IMG/VR virus record: IMGVR_UViG_3300037584_002838
Location: 29,781 to 93,780 of that record
DNA: 64,000 bases
Reading direction: 5' to 3' (one strand)
Source: a virus
The position numbers were made by a program, and so were the translations under genes. Within the stretch, counting starts at the first letter, position 1, and every line of letters starts with the position of its first letter. This document shows, piece after piece, positions 54,330-63,984 of this stretch. The notes under the pieces are model-generated. The model saw nothing but the letters and a program-made list of their open reading frames with translations. It did not search any database and was not told the DNA's origin.

Positions 54330-55568
54330 ATGAGCATAAGTGTCATGGCAACAAGGAATGATGATTTTCATATTCTAAAAAGCCAAGACGATTTGATGAT
54401 AGGGGGATATGCAAGTATTGAAGTCGTGGATAAACAAAACGATTTAATTACACTAAAAGCATTACAAACCGCCGTTAAAAAATTCATGGAAGATAAAAAG
54501 TTCAGAAATGTAATGACAAATCATTCAAATGTTCAAGTCGGAGAAGTTGTAGACTCTTATAGAGATAAAAGTGGAAAACTATGGAAATCAGAAGTAGATG
54601 ATGTAGGGTTCTTTGTAGTAATTAAATTAAGAGATGACATAGAAAAAGCCAAAGAGGTTGGAAGAGGTATTCGCAAAGGCACATTAAGGTCTTTTAGCAT
54701 AGGTGGACAAGCATTACAAAAAGTAAAGAAAAGCCACGGTGAATTAGGGGAGTATAACGAGATAAGCAAATTAGAACTCCATGAAGTAACAATATGTGAA
54801 AAAGGCATTAATCCCGAAGCGAAGTTTGATATTCTGAAACAAGATATTGGAGATGAAAAAATGAGTGATAAACTTGAAAAAGCACTTGACGAACTTGATG
54901 TTCTTTTGAAAGAAGTTGAGATGTTAAGAGAGGGCGAGGAAGTTGAATCGGCTGAATACGCCGATGAGGGTTCTGATATGGAACAAGCAGATGACATGAT
55001 GGAACAAGCAGATGAAATGATGGAAAGAGCCGATGATGATGAAGGTGATAAAGATAAAGAAGCAGGTGACTATGATAGGGAAATGACTTCTGATAAGGCA
55101 TACCTTCGTACTCTTGATGGTGCTGGAAACCAAATTGGTGAACCAGCAGATAGAATCGTTATTAACAACGGAAAGCCAACTTCTTCCGATATGCCGGTAG
55201 TAAAGGCATTTGGAAACAATGAATTTGATACACTAAACCTATCAAATGCAAACATTGAGAAGGCTTACGAAGCATTCCGTCAAGAACAACTTGAAGCACT
55301 TGCATACGATAACCTACGAAAGTCCTTTGAAACTCGTTTTGAGTCAGAAGTGGCAAACCGTGAGAATGTTCTAGCAAAGGCTAACTATGACGCACAGGCT
55401 GAAATTGCTTCCATGAAGGAAGAGTTTAGCGAATTGAGAAAATCTCTTACTGCTGAAAAGGAAACTATCCTAAAGGCACAAGAAGAGTCAGTAATTAAGA
55501 TGCCAAGTATTGATGATATTGCATCAATGGATTGGTCTGATATTCACAAAATGGTGAACAATATTTAA
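54330..55568 (+). CDS. HK97-type prohead protease fused to scaffold
   Basis: GYAS..VVDKQND, MTNH, LRSFSIGG, LHEVTIC..GINPEA; coiled-coil C-terminus; TATA at ~54290. Confidence 0.92.
   Translation: MSISVMATRNDDFHILKSQDDLMIGGYASIEVVDKQNDLITLKALQTAVKKFMEDKKFRNVMTNHSNVQVGEVVDSYRDKSGKLWKSEVDDVGFFVVIKLRDDIEKAKEVGRGIRKGTLRSFSIGGQALQKVKKSHGELGEYNEISKLELHEVTICEKGINPEAKFDILKQDIGDEKMSDKLEKALDELDVLLKEVEMLREGEEVESAEYADEGSDMEQADDMMEQADEMMERADDDEGDKDKEAGDYDREMTSDKAYLRTLDGAGNQIGEPADRIVINNGKPTSSDMPVVKAFGNNEFDTLNLSNANIEKAYEAFRQEQLEALAYDNLRKSFETRFESEVANRENVLAKANYDAQAEIASMKEEFSELRKSLTAEKETILKAQEESVIKMPSIDDIASMDWSDIHKMVNNI
54978..55040 (+). repeat. Three 21-bp tandem repeats coding MEQADDM
   Basis: ATGGAACAAGCAGATGACATG x~3. 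Confidence 0.8.
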
Positions 55569-55578
55569 GGTGATTAAG

Positions 55579-56913
55579 ATGGTAGGATATATTAACACAA
55601 TTGCAGATTTAGAAGCACAAACATACGGAATGAATCTACCTGCTGGTAATGCTTTGCTAAAGCAAGCCGGTATGGTTGGTGGAATACACACAGGACATGA
55701 CGGTTCTCCGTCATTTAGCGGTTCAGCCGTTTCTGATGTATCAGCACTATACAATGTCGTTTATGGACAAAAGGTTTGGTCTATGCTAAACCGTGAAGTA
55801 AATGCACTTTCAATGATTTCAAAGAGGCCATACACTTCAAGCGGTTGGAGAGTATTAAAGAGCAGACCTGCGGGTGGCTCTGGTAATCTCTTTACAGTTG
55901 ATAAAGCAGATGTTTCCCTAACATTGGGAGAATTGGGTTCAGACACACCAAGAGCAGATTCTATTGGTGGTGTTCCTGAAAATGCTGGTCTTTCAACTGC
56001 ACAAGATGGATTGGGGCCAATTGCACCAACTTATGCTCAATTGAACATGAGTCCTAAAGTAGTTGCTCATCAATTTGATTTCAGTGAGTTGGCTATGGAA
56101 ATGGCACAGATTGACGATGGAATTGGCGATATTAGAGCGCAAATGCGTGAAGATATGGGTAAGCACCATGCAGAAGTACAGAACAAGATGCTTGTTATGC
56201 CACTAGAGTTTTATGGTGAAGCAACACTATTGCCTAACATTGGTAACAACTATACTTCTCTGTTGAAGGTTATTACTTCAAAGTCTGAATTAGACCTAAT
56301 GGATGCACAATCTTCTCTAATGACAGATGGTGCTACTGCAACAAATGTAAGCCACATTTACGGTACAAACCGTGATAGTGCTTCATTCCTTGATGCTGAA
56401 GTTGATGAAGGTACAACTTATGCGGCAACAGGAGTTAGGTCACTAACTCTAACTTTGCTAAATAACATGGTTCGCAATCTAAGACTTGCTGGTGGTTCAC
56501 CAAAGGTTATTCTAACCGGATATGATACCATTCAAGCAATTGCAGACCTATTGCAAAGCCAAGAGAGATTTATGGATAGAAAGGAAATTGTTCCAACAGT
56601 AAACGGTGTTCGTGGAACAAAGGGTCAAGAAGTAGGATTTAGAGTAGCAACATACTACGATATTCCGCTAATTCCTGTAAAGGACATGACTCAAACCGGA
56701 CTTGCATCAACTAAACTATCAGACCTATTGTTCCTTGATACAGACCATCTATGGTTGTCTGTTATGAAGCCAACTCAATACTTTGAGGATGGAATCGCTA
56801 ATGGAAACCCATTCGGGGTAGGAACACTTGGAAACCGTGCATTGTACCGTACTATCGGTGAAGTCGGTTGTTCGTTCTTCAAGGGTCAAGGAAAGATTAC
56901 CAACATACAGTGA
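55579..56913 (+). CDS. Major capsid protein (HK97 fold)
   Basis: Directly after the protease; ~445 aa; G.PENA, PK.VAH.F..SEL, YYDIPLIP, LFLDT patterns. Confidence 0.88.
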   Translation: MVGYINTIADLEAQTYGMNLPAGNALLKQAGMVGGIHTGHDGSPSFSGSAVSDVSALYNVVYGQKVWSMLNREVNALSMISKRPYTSSGWRVLKSRPAGGSGNLFTVDKADVSLTLGELGSDTPRADSIGGVPENAGLSTAQDGLGPIAPTYAQLNMSPKVVAHQFDFSELAMEMAQIDDGIGDIRAQMREDMGKHHAEVQNKMLVMPLEFYGEATLLPNIGNNYTSLLKVITSKSELDLMDAQSSLMTDGATATNVSHIYGTNRDSASFLDAEVDEGTTYAATGVRSLTLTLLNNMVRNLRLAGGSPKVILTGYDTIQAIADLLQSQERFMDRKEIVPTVNGVRGTKGQEVGFRVATYYDIPLIPVKDMTQTGLASTKLSDLLFLDTDHLWLSVMKPTQYFEDGIANGNPFGVGTLGNRALYRTIGEVGCSFFKGQGKITNIQ

Positions 56914-56934
56914 GGAAATAAGGAGAGGATATAT

Positions 56935-57198
56935 ATGGCATTTGCAACAGTTATACACTTAGAAATGAACTTAGAAGGAAACAGAAGGATAGTTTGTGGT
57001 CAAACTACCACTGATAGCACAGACGGAAATATTGAAACAGGGCTTTCAAGCGTTGATTCTCTATTATTTACCCATAAGGGTTCTGCTGAAGAAGCGGCGG
57101 CGGCAGTTATTAATGCTGATTTGCCACTTGCAAGCGGTAATGTAGCAATACATTGTGTTAGCGGTGATGTAGTTTATTTCATGGCAATCGGACAGTGA
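56935..57198 (+). CDS. Small virion structural protein
   Basis: Beta-rich; follows the MCP. Confidence 0.7.
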   Translation: MAFATVIHLEMNLEGNRRIVCGQTTTDSTDGNIETGLSSVDSLLFTHKGSAEEAAAAVINADLPLASGNVAIHCVSGDVVYFMAIGQ

Positions 57199-57208
57199 GG
57201 CGATTTAA

Positions 57209-57571
57209 TTGACAGTAACTATTTTAGCCGACCATAAAGGCGTTGCTCGACCAAGAGTACACGGTGACGAATATGTGGTTGATGCAACAGTTAATGTTGA
57301 ACCGCATGTAGCGGCAGGTTTCCCAATATCAGCAAGTGATTTAGGACTTTCAAGAATCACTGCGGTACATATTACAGGAGTAGAAAAGTTTGATACCTTT
57401 CTCCCGCAAATATTGATAGGTGCTAGTGATGGCTCTTATCTTGCGGTAGATGGTAGTTCATCTACTTCTACATTCCAAATAGTAGTAACAGATTTAGATG
57501 GCTCAAACGCTTCTGCTTCTGATGCTGATGATGTTGGAATGGTACGAATTAGAGCATACGGATTGATTTGA
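57209..57571 (+). CDS. Putative head decoration protein
   Basis: GFPISASDLGLSRI..., C-terminal VRIRAYG. Confidence 0.65.
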   Translation: MTVTILADHKGVARPRVHGDEYVVDATVNVEPHVAAGFPISASDLGLSRITAVHITGVEKFDTFLPQILIGASDGSYLAVDGSSSTSTFQIVVTDLDGSNASASDADDVGMVRIRAYGLI

Positions 57572-57581
57572 GGTGAATTAG

Positions 57582-57920
57582 TTGGTTAAACTTAAACTAA
57601 CACCTAATTCAACAATGGGTCTTTTGAAAGTTACGCCAACACAGGAAATCACAAGAGAAAAAGAAATAGAAGTTAGCGTTGTCTTTGCGATTAATCGCAT
57701 TGGCGACCCTAACTATCTATTTACTTTTGAAGAATGTGACCGTTCTGAGTTGGAAAACGCTGATGAAAAGTTATTGGCGAGTGCTTCTATTGGTCTAAAA
57801 AGAGAATTAACCGCAAAGGATTTAGTTGATACTCTACTACCAAAGAAAGTAGTGCCAAAGAAAACTACACCAAAGAAAACTACGAAGAAGGCTAATAAGT
57901 CCTCTCTATCTACTGAATAA
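57582..57920 (+). CDS. Hypothetical protein with PKK repeats
   Basis: GAGGTGA RBS. Confidence 0.7.
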   Translation: MVKLKLTPNSTMGLLKVTPTQEITREKEIEVSVVFAINRIGDPNYLFTFEECDRSELENADEKLLASASIGLKRELTAKDLVDTLLPKKVVPKKTTPKKTTKKANKSSLSTE

Positions 57921-57975
57921 TATCGGTAGTATTAATAGAGAGGCGTAGCCTCCCTCAAGTGAAACAGGTGATATT

Positions 57976-58275
57976 ATGGGTATTGCATGCAGGTCAAGTG
58001 GCGTATTAGGTGCAAGTAAATTAATTGTTACAGGAAGAACAAAATTAGTTAGCATTCATGCGGCTCTTTTTGTTACCGGCGGTGACGCAGTAACTATTAA
58101 TGTGTTCGATGGAACCGATAATACAGGCACTAAAATAGCAATGATTTCAAGTGCGACTAACGGTTATCACAACTTAGAATATGATATGCACGGAGTTTTG
58201 TGCAATACAGGATTATTCTTAGAAGTGGCCGAAGCAGGTTCATCCACGGTCAATGTTTCTATTGAGTTTAACTGA
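57976..58275 (+). CDS. Small beta-rich structural protein
   Basis: GGTGA RBS; GVLCNTGLFLEV. Confidence 0.7.
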   Translation: MGIACRSSGVLGASKLIVTGRTKLVSIHAALFVTGGDAVTINVFDGTDNTGTKIAMISSATNGYHNLEYDMHGVLCNTGLFLEVAEAGSSTVNVSIEFN

Positions 58276-58284
58276 GGTGGTTAA

Positions 58285-58674
58285 ATGGCGGCATTAAACC
58301 AAGATACAAGACTAATTATGACTATACTATTCGTTGGTACTGTTAGCGGTGCTAATGTATATTTTTATGCTAACTACGGAGTTAATTTCCCATACACCAC
58401 ATTGGCCCATGCAACCTTGTTTGGTCTAATTACTGTTGGTGGAATCATGTGTCTAAAGGCTATCTTTGATTTATCACTTAATGATAAGATAGAATTGAGA
58501 TTGTTAGATAGAAGAATCAATGCTTATTGGGAACGCAGAGCGAGAGATGAGCAACAAAGACAAAAACTTACAGAAACTATGAAGCAATACAATACTAATG
58601 TTATTGCACCAAGCACCACAATGTACGAAACAGAAAATACAATCTCAAATGATTTTTTGGCTAAGTTACAATGA
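58285..58674 (+). CDS. Two-TM membrane protein with coiled tail
   Basis: Hydrophobic segments at aa ~10-30 and ~40-62. Confidence 0.75.
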   Translation: MAALNQDTRLIMTILFVGTVSGANVYFYANYGVNFPYTTLAHATLFGLITVGGIMCLKAIFDLSLNDKIELRLLDRRINAYWERRARDEQQRQKLTETMKQYNTNVIAPSTTMYETENTISNDFLAKLQ

Positions 58675-58683
58675 GGTGATTAA

Positions 58684-58899
58684 ATGTTTAATGACATAAT
58701 GGGTTTTACAGAAACCGACTATGTTTATAATCAAAGCAGGGCGCATTCTGCTGATATGTTTTTTATGAAAATGAGAATGTGGTTTTGGGTCACTTGTGCC
58801 TCTCTATCATTTTTCTTTTTGGGAAACATAATGGGAGTTTTTGACATAAATGTTGTTGGTTGGTTAGTAGACAACCTTTGGCATTCTTGGGAGGTTTAA
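58684..58899 (+). CDS. Single-TM membrane protein
   Basis: MWFWVTCASLSFFFLGNIMGVF. Confidence 0.7.
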   Translation: MFNDIMGFTETDYVYNQSRAHSADMFFMKMRMWFWVTCASLSFFFLGNIMGVFDINVVGWLVDNLWHSWEV

Positions 58900-58901
58900 T
58901 C

Positions 58902-59564
58902 TTGTCAGTAATGACAGGATTTGCTATTCTTGTTGGAGAAGCAATGATAGGTTTTTGGAAAAAAATACATGCAATTAATTTCGGTGTTTATGGGGCGACA
59001 ATGGTAGGTAAAACAACATTAAGCCACCAATTAAGAACGAGGGGAGAAGTACAACAAATCAATGAAAGGACTGTTGGGTTACATAGACCAACAAGAAAAA
59101 CAATTAAGATAGATGGAGATATGCACACTATAAGAAGTTCTGATATAGGGGGAGAAGCGATATATTGGAAAGAATGGGCTAAAGACATGAGAATAAGAAA
59201 ACCAAAATATATTATTTTTATGATAGACCATAGACATTTAGATAGTGGAGTTAATTTAGACCATCAAGTAGCGTGGAAGTTTTTAGTTGATGTTATTATT
59301 AATGATAGATGGCCCAACGGTAAAAAGAAAAAAGAAAAAGATTATCCTTTAGCAGTAGGAATATGGGCTAATAAATATGACATATGGGGAGAGAAACATA
59401 AATCAGAAAAATCAATTGAGAAGCATGAGATTTTTGAACCTTTCAAATACGGTATGAGGCAATTAAATGATAAAGGAATACCATGCTTCAAATATATAGT
59501 TTCAGCAAAATCAGACCCCGAAATGGTGTATAAAGGAATCACTACAATGATAAAAGATTATTGA
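58902..59564 (+). CDS. Small Ras-superfamily (Arf/Rab-like) GTPase with hydrophobic N-terminus
   Basis: G1 GATMVGKTT, G2 RTVG, G3 DIGG, G4 NKYD, G5 SAK. Confidence 0.88.
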   Translation: MSVMTGFAILVGEAMIGFWKKIHAINFGVYGATMVGKTTLSHQLRTRGEVQQINERTVGLHRPTRKTIKIDGDMHTIRSSDIGGEAIYWKEWAKDMRIRKPKYIIFMIDHRHLDSGVNLDHQVAWKFLVDVIINDRWPNGKKKKEKDYPLAVGIWANKYDIWGEKHKSEKSIEKHEIFEPFKYGMRQLNDKGIPCFKYIVSAKSDPEMVYKGITTMIKDY

Positions 59565-59573
59565 GGAATAAAT

Positions 59574-60248
59574 ATGGCATATCAACAACCGAACCTAATA
59601 GGAACTAATGTTTCAATAACACCCACTTCAAGCAACCCAAGTCAAATGCAAGCATTCTCTTTGAATAAGTTTTTACCTAAACTACAACAGTTTAGAGCAG
59701 GTGGAAATATAACGGAATACAAATATGATGCTATTAAACCTAAAAAGCAATTAAAAGAAATAAAAAAGATTCTATTACCGGAAAAGAAAAGTTTTCTGAA
59801 AGTAAAGTATGGTAATAAGTTTAATTTTAAGGATATTTGTGTTGTTTGCGGTACACACCATGTTTGGGAATCGGGAGATTTTCTAAGACCCCCTATCCCT
59901 TTAGATAAAGTAACAAAGGGTAGACCGATGAGAGGAACATATTGTCCTAAACACGCAGGTATTCATAAACAAATGGAAATGCTTCAACAGCAGATTCTTG
60001 CTGATGAACACGGAATAGATTTCAAAGCCTTCATTCCTAAAATCAAAACCCCTCAAATTATGAAAGGAGGGCCATTAACTACATTGAGTAAAAAAGATGT
60101 TGTTAGTTTAACTTCAACCGGATGGGTTATAAAGCCGCCCACCTTGACAGACAATGAAACGACTATGGCGGAGATAGTTCGCTTAGTCACAGAGATAGGT
60201 TTATCCACAGAAAGACTCAACCATTTATTAGGTAAAGGAGAGGAATAA
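59574..60248 (+). CDS. Zinc-binding hypothetical protein
   Basis: CVVCGTHH...YCPKH. Confidence 0.75.
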   Translation: MAYQQPNLIGTNVSITPTSSNPSQMQAFSLNKFLPKLQQFRAGGNITEYKYDAIKPKKQLKEIKKILLPEKKSFLKVKYGNKFNFKDICVVCGTHHVWESGDFLRPPIPLDKVTKGRPMRGTYCPKHAGIHKQMEMLQQQILADEHGIDFKAFIPKIKTPQIMKGGPLTTLSKKDVVSLTSTGWVIKPPTLTDNETTMAEIVRLVTEIGLSTERLNHLLGKGEE

Positions 60249-60249
60249 G

Positions 60250-60900
60250 ATGGCATTTGGAACAAGCAATAAAGCAGTATTGGGTGCAGTACAAGCACAA
60301 GGCGACCAGCAATTTAAGAATGTGAGTAACTTACTTTCACTACAAGAAAATCATGTTGAAGAGTTTTTTCAATATCACGGAGAAATGTTCTTTGCTGCTG
60401 TGGAAAAACTTTTAGAAGATGTAATAGAAAGGTCAGTTAGTCAAATGCTAACCAAATTAGTTTTTGTTCAAGATTCTACTTCCGGTACTATGAAGTTACA
60501 ATCCGGTTCTTTAGCAGAATTTGAAAAGATTACACAAGAAAATATTGATTTAGATTTAACAAGACTATTAGATTCAGCAATTAATACAGAAGTCATTAAT
60601 CAAAGAAAAATGGCAAAACAGCAATACCTAGAATCTCAAGGGTTCTCGACACCAAATGCACAGGTTTCTGCTGGTGCGGCTATCGCTGGCGTAACAGGCA
60701 ATATGCAACAGTATAACCAAATGAATAACGCAGTAAATAACGGTTCGGGCTATCCTATTCCTCCTAATGGAACAGACGGATATGGTAGACCATATTGGAT
60801 TGATGCTAACGGTCAAATGTCATATGAGCCACCACAAAGCGGTTTAGGATTAGGTTCAGCAATACAAAAAGGTGCTGCTTGGGCTAAATGGTTAATGTGA
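60250..60900 (+). CDS. Hypothetical protein with amphipathic C-terminus
   Basis: Gln/Asn/Gly-rich; ends GLGSAIQKGAAWAKWLM. Confidence 0.78.
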   Translation: MAFGTSNKAVLGAVQAQGDQQFKNVSNLLSLQENHVEEFFQYHGEMFFAAVEKLLEDVIERSVSQMLTKLVFVQDSTSGTMKLQSGSLAEFEKITQENIDLDLTRLLDSAINTEVINQRKMAKQQYLESQGFSTPNAQVSAGAAIAGVTGNMQQYNQMNNAVNNGSGYPIPPNGTDGYGRPYWIDANGQMSYEPPQSGLGLGSAIQKGAAWAKWLM

Positions 60901-60911
60901 GTTGATTTATA

Positions 60912-62864
60912 TTGAAACTGTTTTATCAGCGAACCGGCAGAAGTGCCGAATGGAATGAAGATACTGCTAAAACAGAGTTTTTGTATTTTATTTTTCAAGA
61001 CTACATCACTACTAAACAAAAGAATATTTCTGAGATAGATGAGTTTATCGAAGAGATGGCTGATGTTAATGAGGAAAAAGAGTTTATGAAAGATGGCTTT
61101 AATAAGACCGAGTTTGATAACATAAACCAAACGGCTATAACAGACATCGAAAGTGAAAAAATAAGTGAATTGAAAGTCTTAGGTAATAAAGAAGAGATTT
61201 TTCAAACGGCTCTCAAGTTTGTTGGTGATTCTACCATAAAAGATGCGGCTAATAAACTCAATCTACAAAGTAAATTAAAAATCACTTCTGATTTTGATAA
61301 AGAAGTGTATGCTAAAAAAGGATGGACAAATGAATACGGGTCTTATTTTTCCAAAGTCTTTGATACCATGAAAAAGGATGAAAAGACTAAAGAGAATCGT
61401 GATAGAAAGGTAGAAACTAAAACATTTACTCTTAATGAAGATAAAGTAGAGGGTAACTTAACTAAAGTTAAGAAGTTAAAAGAAGCAGGTTTTCAATTTA
61501 TTACAAAAGAAACTGTTGGTACTAAAAAGGAAACCGGTGAAACCACAGGTGGAACCGGAATGGGTGATATGAAGTATTCAAGAACAAGAGCAGTTACAAG
61601 AAACTTCGGCACTGTTCAACAAGGTATTCTTGATATGGATGAATTAGCGACTTTTTATGAACAAAAAATCCTTCCTACAAAAAGAGTTCCTGAAGGTGGT
61701 AAAGGATTAGATTGGAAATATGAAACTGTTGATTTACAATATGTTATTCAAAGACTTCTTTATTATGCGGGGGAGTTTAAGGATGCTAAAGGTAAAGCAA
61801 CAGTAAAAGGATTAAAACTACCAAGATTAGATGCCGAAGCACAAAGAGCAGGTGCTGAAAGGTCAAGAAGAAGAAGGGGAGTAGGTAAAGAGGGGCCATT
61901 ACGGAACCCCGATAAATTTAAGATAGATGTAGACCCTTCTATGATTGCTTCTGTAATATCCAAAAAAAGGAATATAAAAGCAATACAAAACATATTTGAC
62001 GATATAGAAAAAATAGTCGAATTGGGTCAAAAGGGTAAAAAATTAACTAAAACTGATTTAGACAAAATCCATAAAGACATTGCTAAAGTACAAGAAGATA
62101 TGGAAAAACTTTATCCTGAAGATTTCAATTATCCGGCATATGCACAACCTAAAGAAGATGGAGATAAAAGAGCAAGATATGGTTTTAATGGATATATTTA
62201 CATTTTTAATGCGGCTTCAAAGAAATTAGCACAAGAGTATGGTAGTAAATATCATAAAATAATTGTTGGGCTTGAAGAAAAAGGAGAAAAGAAAACAATA
62301 AAGGCATTCAAAGAACGGCAATTTGAATTATACAACGGTAGTGTTAATCACTTTTTGGCATGGGCGACAAAGGGATTAGACGCACTTGTATTGACATATA
62401 TTGAAGCAATACAAGAATATGGTAGACAGGTTCTTGCGGCATTAGAAGAGGCCGCAGGTATTAGATATAAACAAGACCTAAAGGCAAAAGAAGCATGGAA
62501 TGAACCCGAAAAATGGTTAAAAACCCAATTGACAGGTATATTGAATGACATGCAACATTTGTATGTAGTCACATTAGTTGTATCAAAAACTACAAAGGAT
62601 GAAAATGTTTCATATAGAGTTGATAAATGGAATGTAAAACCAAGATATGATTTACTTCCTCCCGCTATTCAAAGATATACTTCTATGCCAGCACAAAAAT
62701 TAGGTGGCGGTTCTTTTGTTTCTGATGAACAAATGGGTGCAAAACCAAAACAAAGAAAGTACATTAGAGCCGAAGAACAGGTAGATTATCAAACTCAAAA
62801 GAAAGTTTCTGTATTTGCTAAAACTATTCTTAGAAGATTAAATGAAATAAGGAGTGTGATTTGA
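60912..62864 (+). CDS. Large hypothetical protein (650 aa)
   Basis: Long ORF. Confidence 0.78.
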   Translation: MKLFYQRTGRSAEWNEDTAKTEFLYFIFQDYITTKQKNISEIDEFIEEMADVNEEKEFMKDGFNKTEFDNINQTAITDIESEKISELKVLGNKEEIFQTALKFVGDSTIKDAANKLNLQSKLKITSDFDKEVYAKKGWTNEYGSYFSKVFDTMKKDEKTKENRDRKVETKTFTLNEDKVEGNLTKVKKLKEAGFQFITKETVGTKKETGETTGGTGMGDMKYSRTRAVTRNFGTVQQGILDMDELATFYEQKILPTKRVPEGGKGLDWKYETVDLQYVIQRLLYYAGEFKDAKGKATVKGLKLPRLDAEAQRAGAERSRRRRGVGKEGPLRNPDKFKIDVDPSMIASVISKKRNIKAIQNIFDDIEKIVELGQKGKKLTKTDLDKIHKDIAKVQEDMEKLYPEDFNYPAYAQPKEDGDKRARYGFNGYIYIFNAASKKLAQEYGSKYHKIIVGLEEKGEKKTIKAFKERQFELYNGSVNHFLAWATKGLDALVLTYIEAIQEYGRQVLAALEEAAGIRYKQDLKAKEAWNEPEKWLKTQLTGILNDMQHLYVVTLVVSKTTKDENVSYRVDKWNVKPRYDLLPPAIQRYTSMPAQKLGGGSFVSDEQMGAKPKQRKYIRAEEQVDYQTQKKVSVFAKTILRRLNEIRSVI

Positions 62865-62865
62865 A

Positions 62866-63984
62866 ATGCCTGTAGCGTCCTCCCCAAGTGATTACACTGC
62901 AATCAATGTTGATTATTCAACAGGTCAAGGTTTCTATACAGATAAGAATGCCGTTTCGGATATGTTACAGATACCAGCATTCTCTTCTTCTACTTATCCA
63001 ACTCAAGCACAAATTGGTTCTATTATTAAAAACATAGAAGGTATTGTTGATGATAAAGTAAAAAGGTCATATAGACCGATTATTTACGAAAACGAGTTCC
63101 ATAACTTTGAGTTTATTCGCCATCCTATGCAATCCTATTATGGGGGCTATGTTGGTTTTATTCAATTAGATGTGCTTAAACTAAGAAAGGTTATTTCACT
63201 GCAAGTTTGGCAAGGTAATCAATATCAAGAATTAGCATCAGCACAAGCAAGTATTTCATTAAATTCAACAGGATATAACAACCTAAGAAGTATTACTTTG
63301 CAATTGCCAAATAGCGGAGATTCTTGGGTTTTATATCATCACGCAGAAGGCTCATTAGCCGCACATAACACATTCCACAATGGCTTCGGTTCTAAGACAA
63401 CTGCACAGGAAATATGTCATTTAATCAATGAAGAATACCCTGCGAGAACGGCACAATTTACAGGGGCTACAAGAGATAAAGTATTGACTTCTTCACCTAA
63501 TGGATTAAACATCAGTGACTTCTTTTATGCAAGTACAGACCCCGATGATAGTAATAAGATAAATATTTCAAGTCTTTTAGCAGGTGAAGATGGTTCTGCT
63601 TGTACTCTTACAATAGCAGATAAAGCCGGACAAGATTCAAGCACTACATCAACAGCATTTACAGATATGCAAGATATGAAGCGTCTTGGTTCATTTTGGT
63701 CTATTGGTGATGAAGGTAGAATCTTCTTCCTTAGAGATTATCCTTATCATACACAAAACTCAATCATTGTAACTTATATTGCAGGTAGTGGAAGAGTACC
63801 TTCTGCTATTCATAAAGCGACTACTATGTTAGTGGCGGCTGAAATAATACGGCATGACGACCAAAGTATATTAATTGCTGAAACAGGTAGTAATATAAGT
63901 ACAAAGGAAAAGTATGATATATTGGTAAAAGAAGCCAATGATATATTAAGCGGTAAAGGCGATATGGTGTTCTTATTGGATTAG
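62866..63984 (+). CDS. Head-tail adaptor/neck protein with insertion domain
   Basis: YTD...VSDML, IIVTYIAG..RVPSAIHKATTMLVAA typical of gp6/gp15-like adaptors. Confidence 0.7.
   Translation: MPVASSPSDYTAINVDYSTGQGFYTDKNAVSDMLQIPAFSSSTYPTQAQIGSIIKNIEGIVDDKVKRSYRPIIYENEFHNFEFIRHPMQSYYGGYVGFIQLDVLKLRKVISLQVWQGNQYQELASAQASISLNSTGYNNLRSITLQLPNSGDSWVLYHHAEGSLAAHNTFHNGFGSKTTAQEICHLINEEYPARTAQFTGATRDKVLTSSPNGLNISDFFYASTDPDDSNKINISSLLAGEDGSACTLTIADKAGQDSSTTSTAFTDMQDMKRLGSFWSIGDEGRIFFLRDYPYHTQNSIIVTYIAGSGRVPSAIHKATTMLVAAEIIRHDDQSILIAETGSNISTKEKYDILVKEANDILSGKGDMVFLLD

Noticed and set aside
381-62572. Numerous antisense ORFs in the track (e.g. 381..662, 12665..12985, 35232..35642, 49293..49688, 54557..54997)
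   Set aside because: Shadow frames of well-supported genes on the opposite strand, Ser/Phe/Leu-rich and without RBS.
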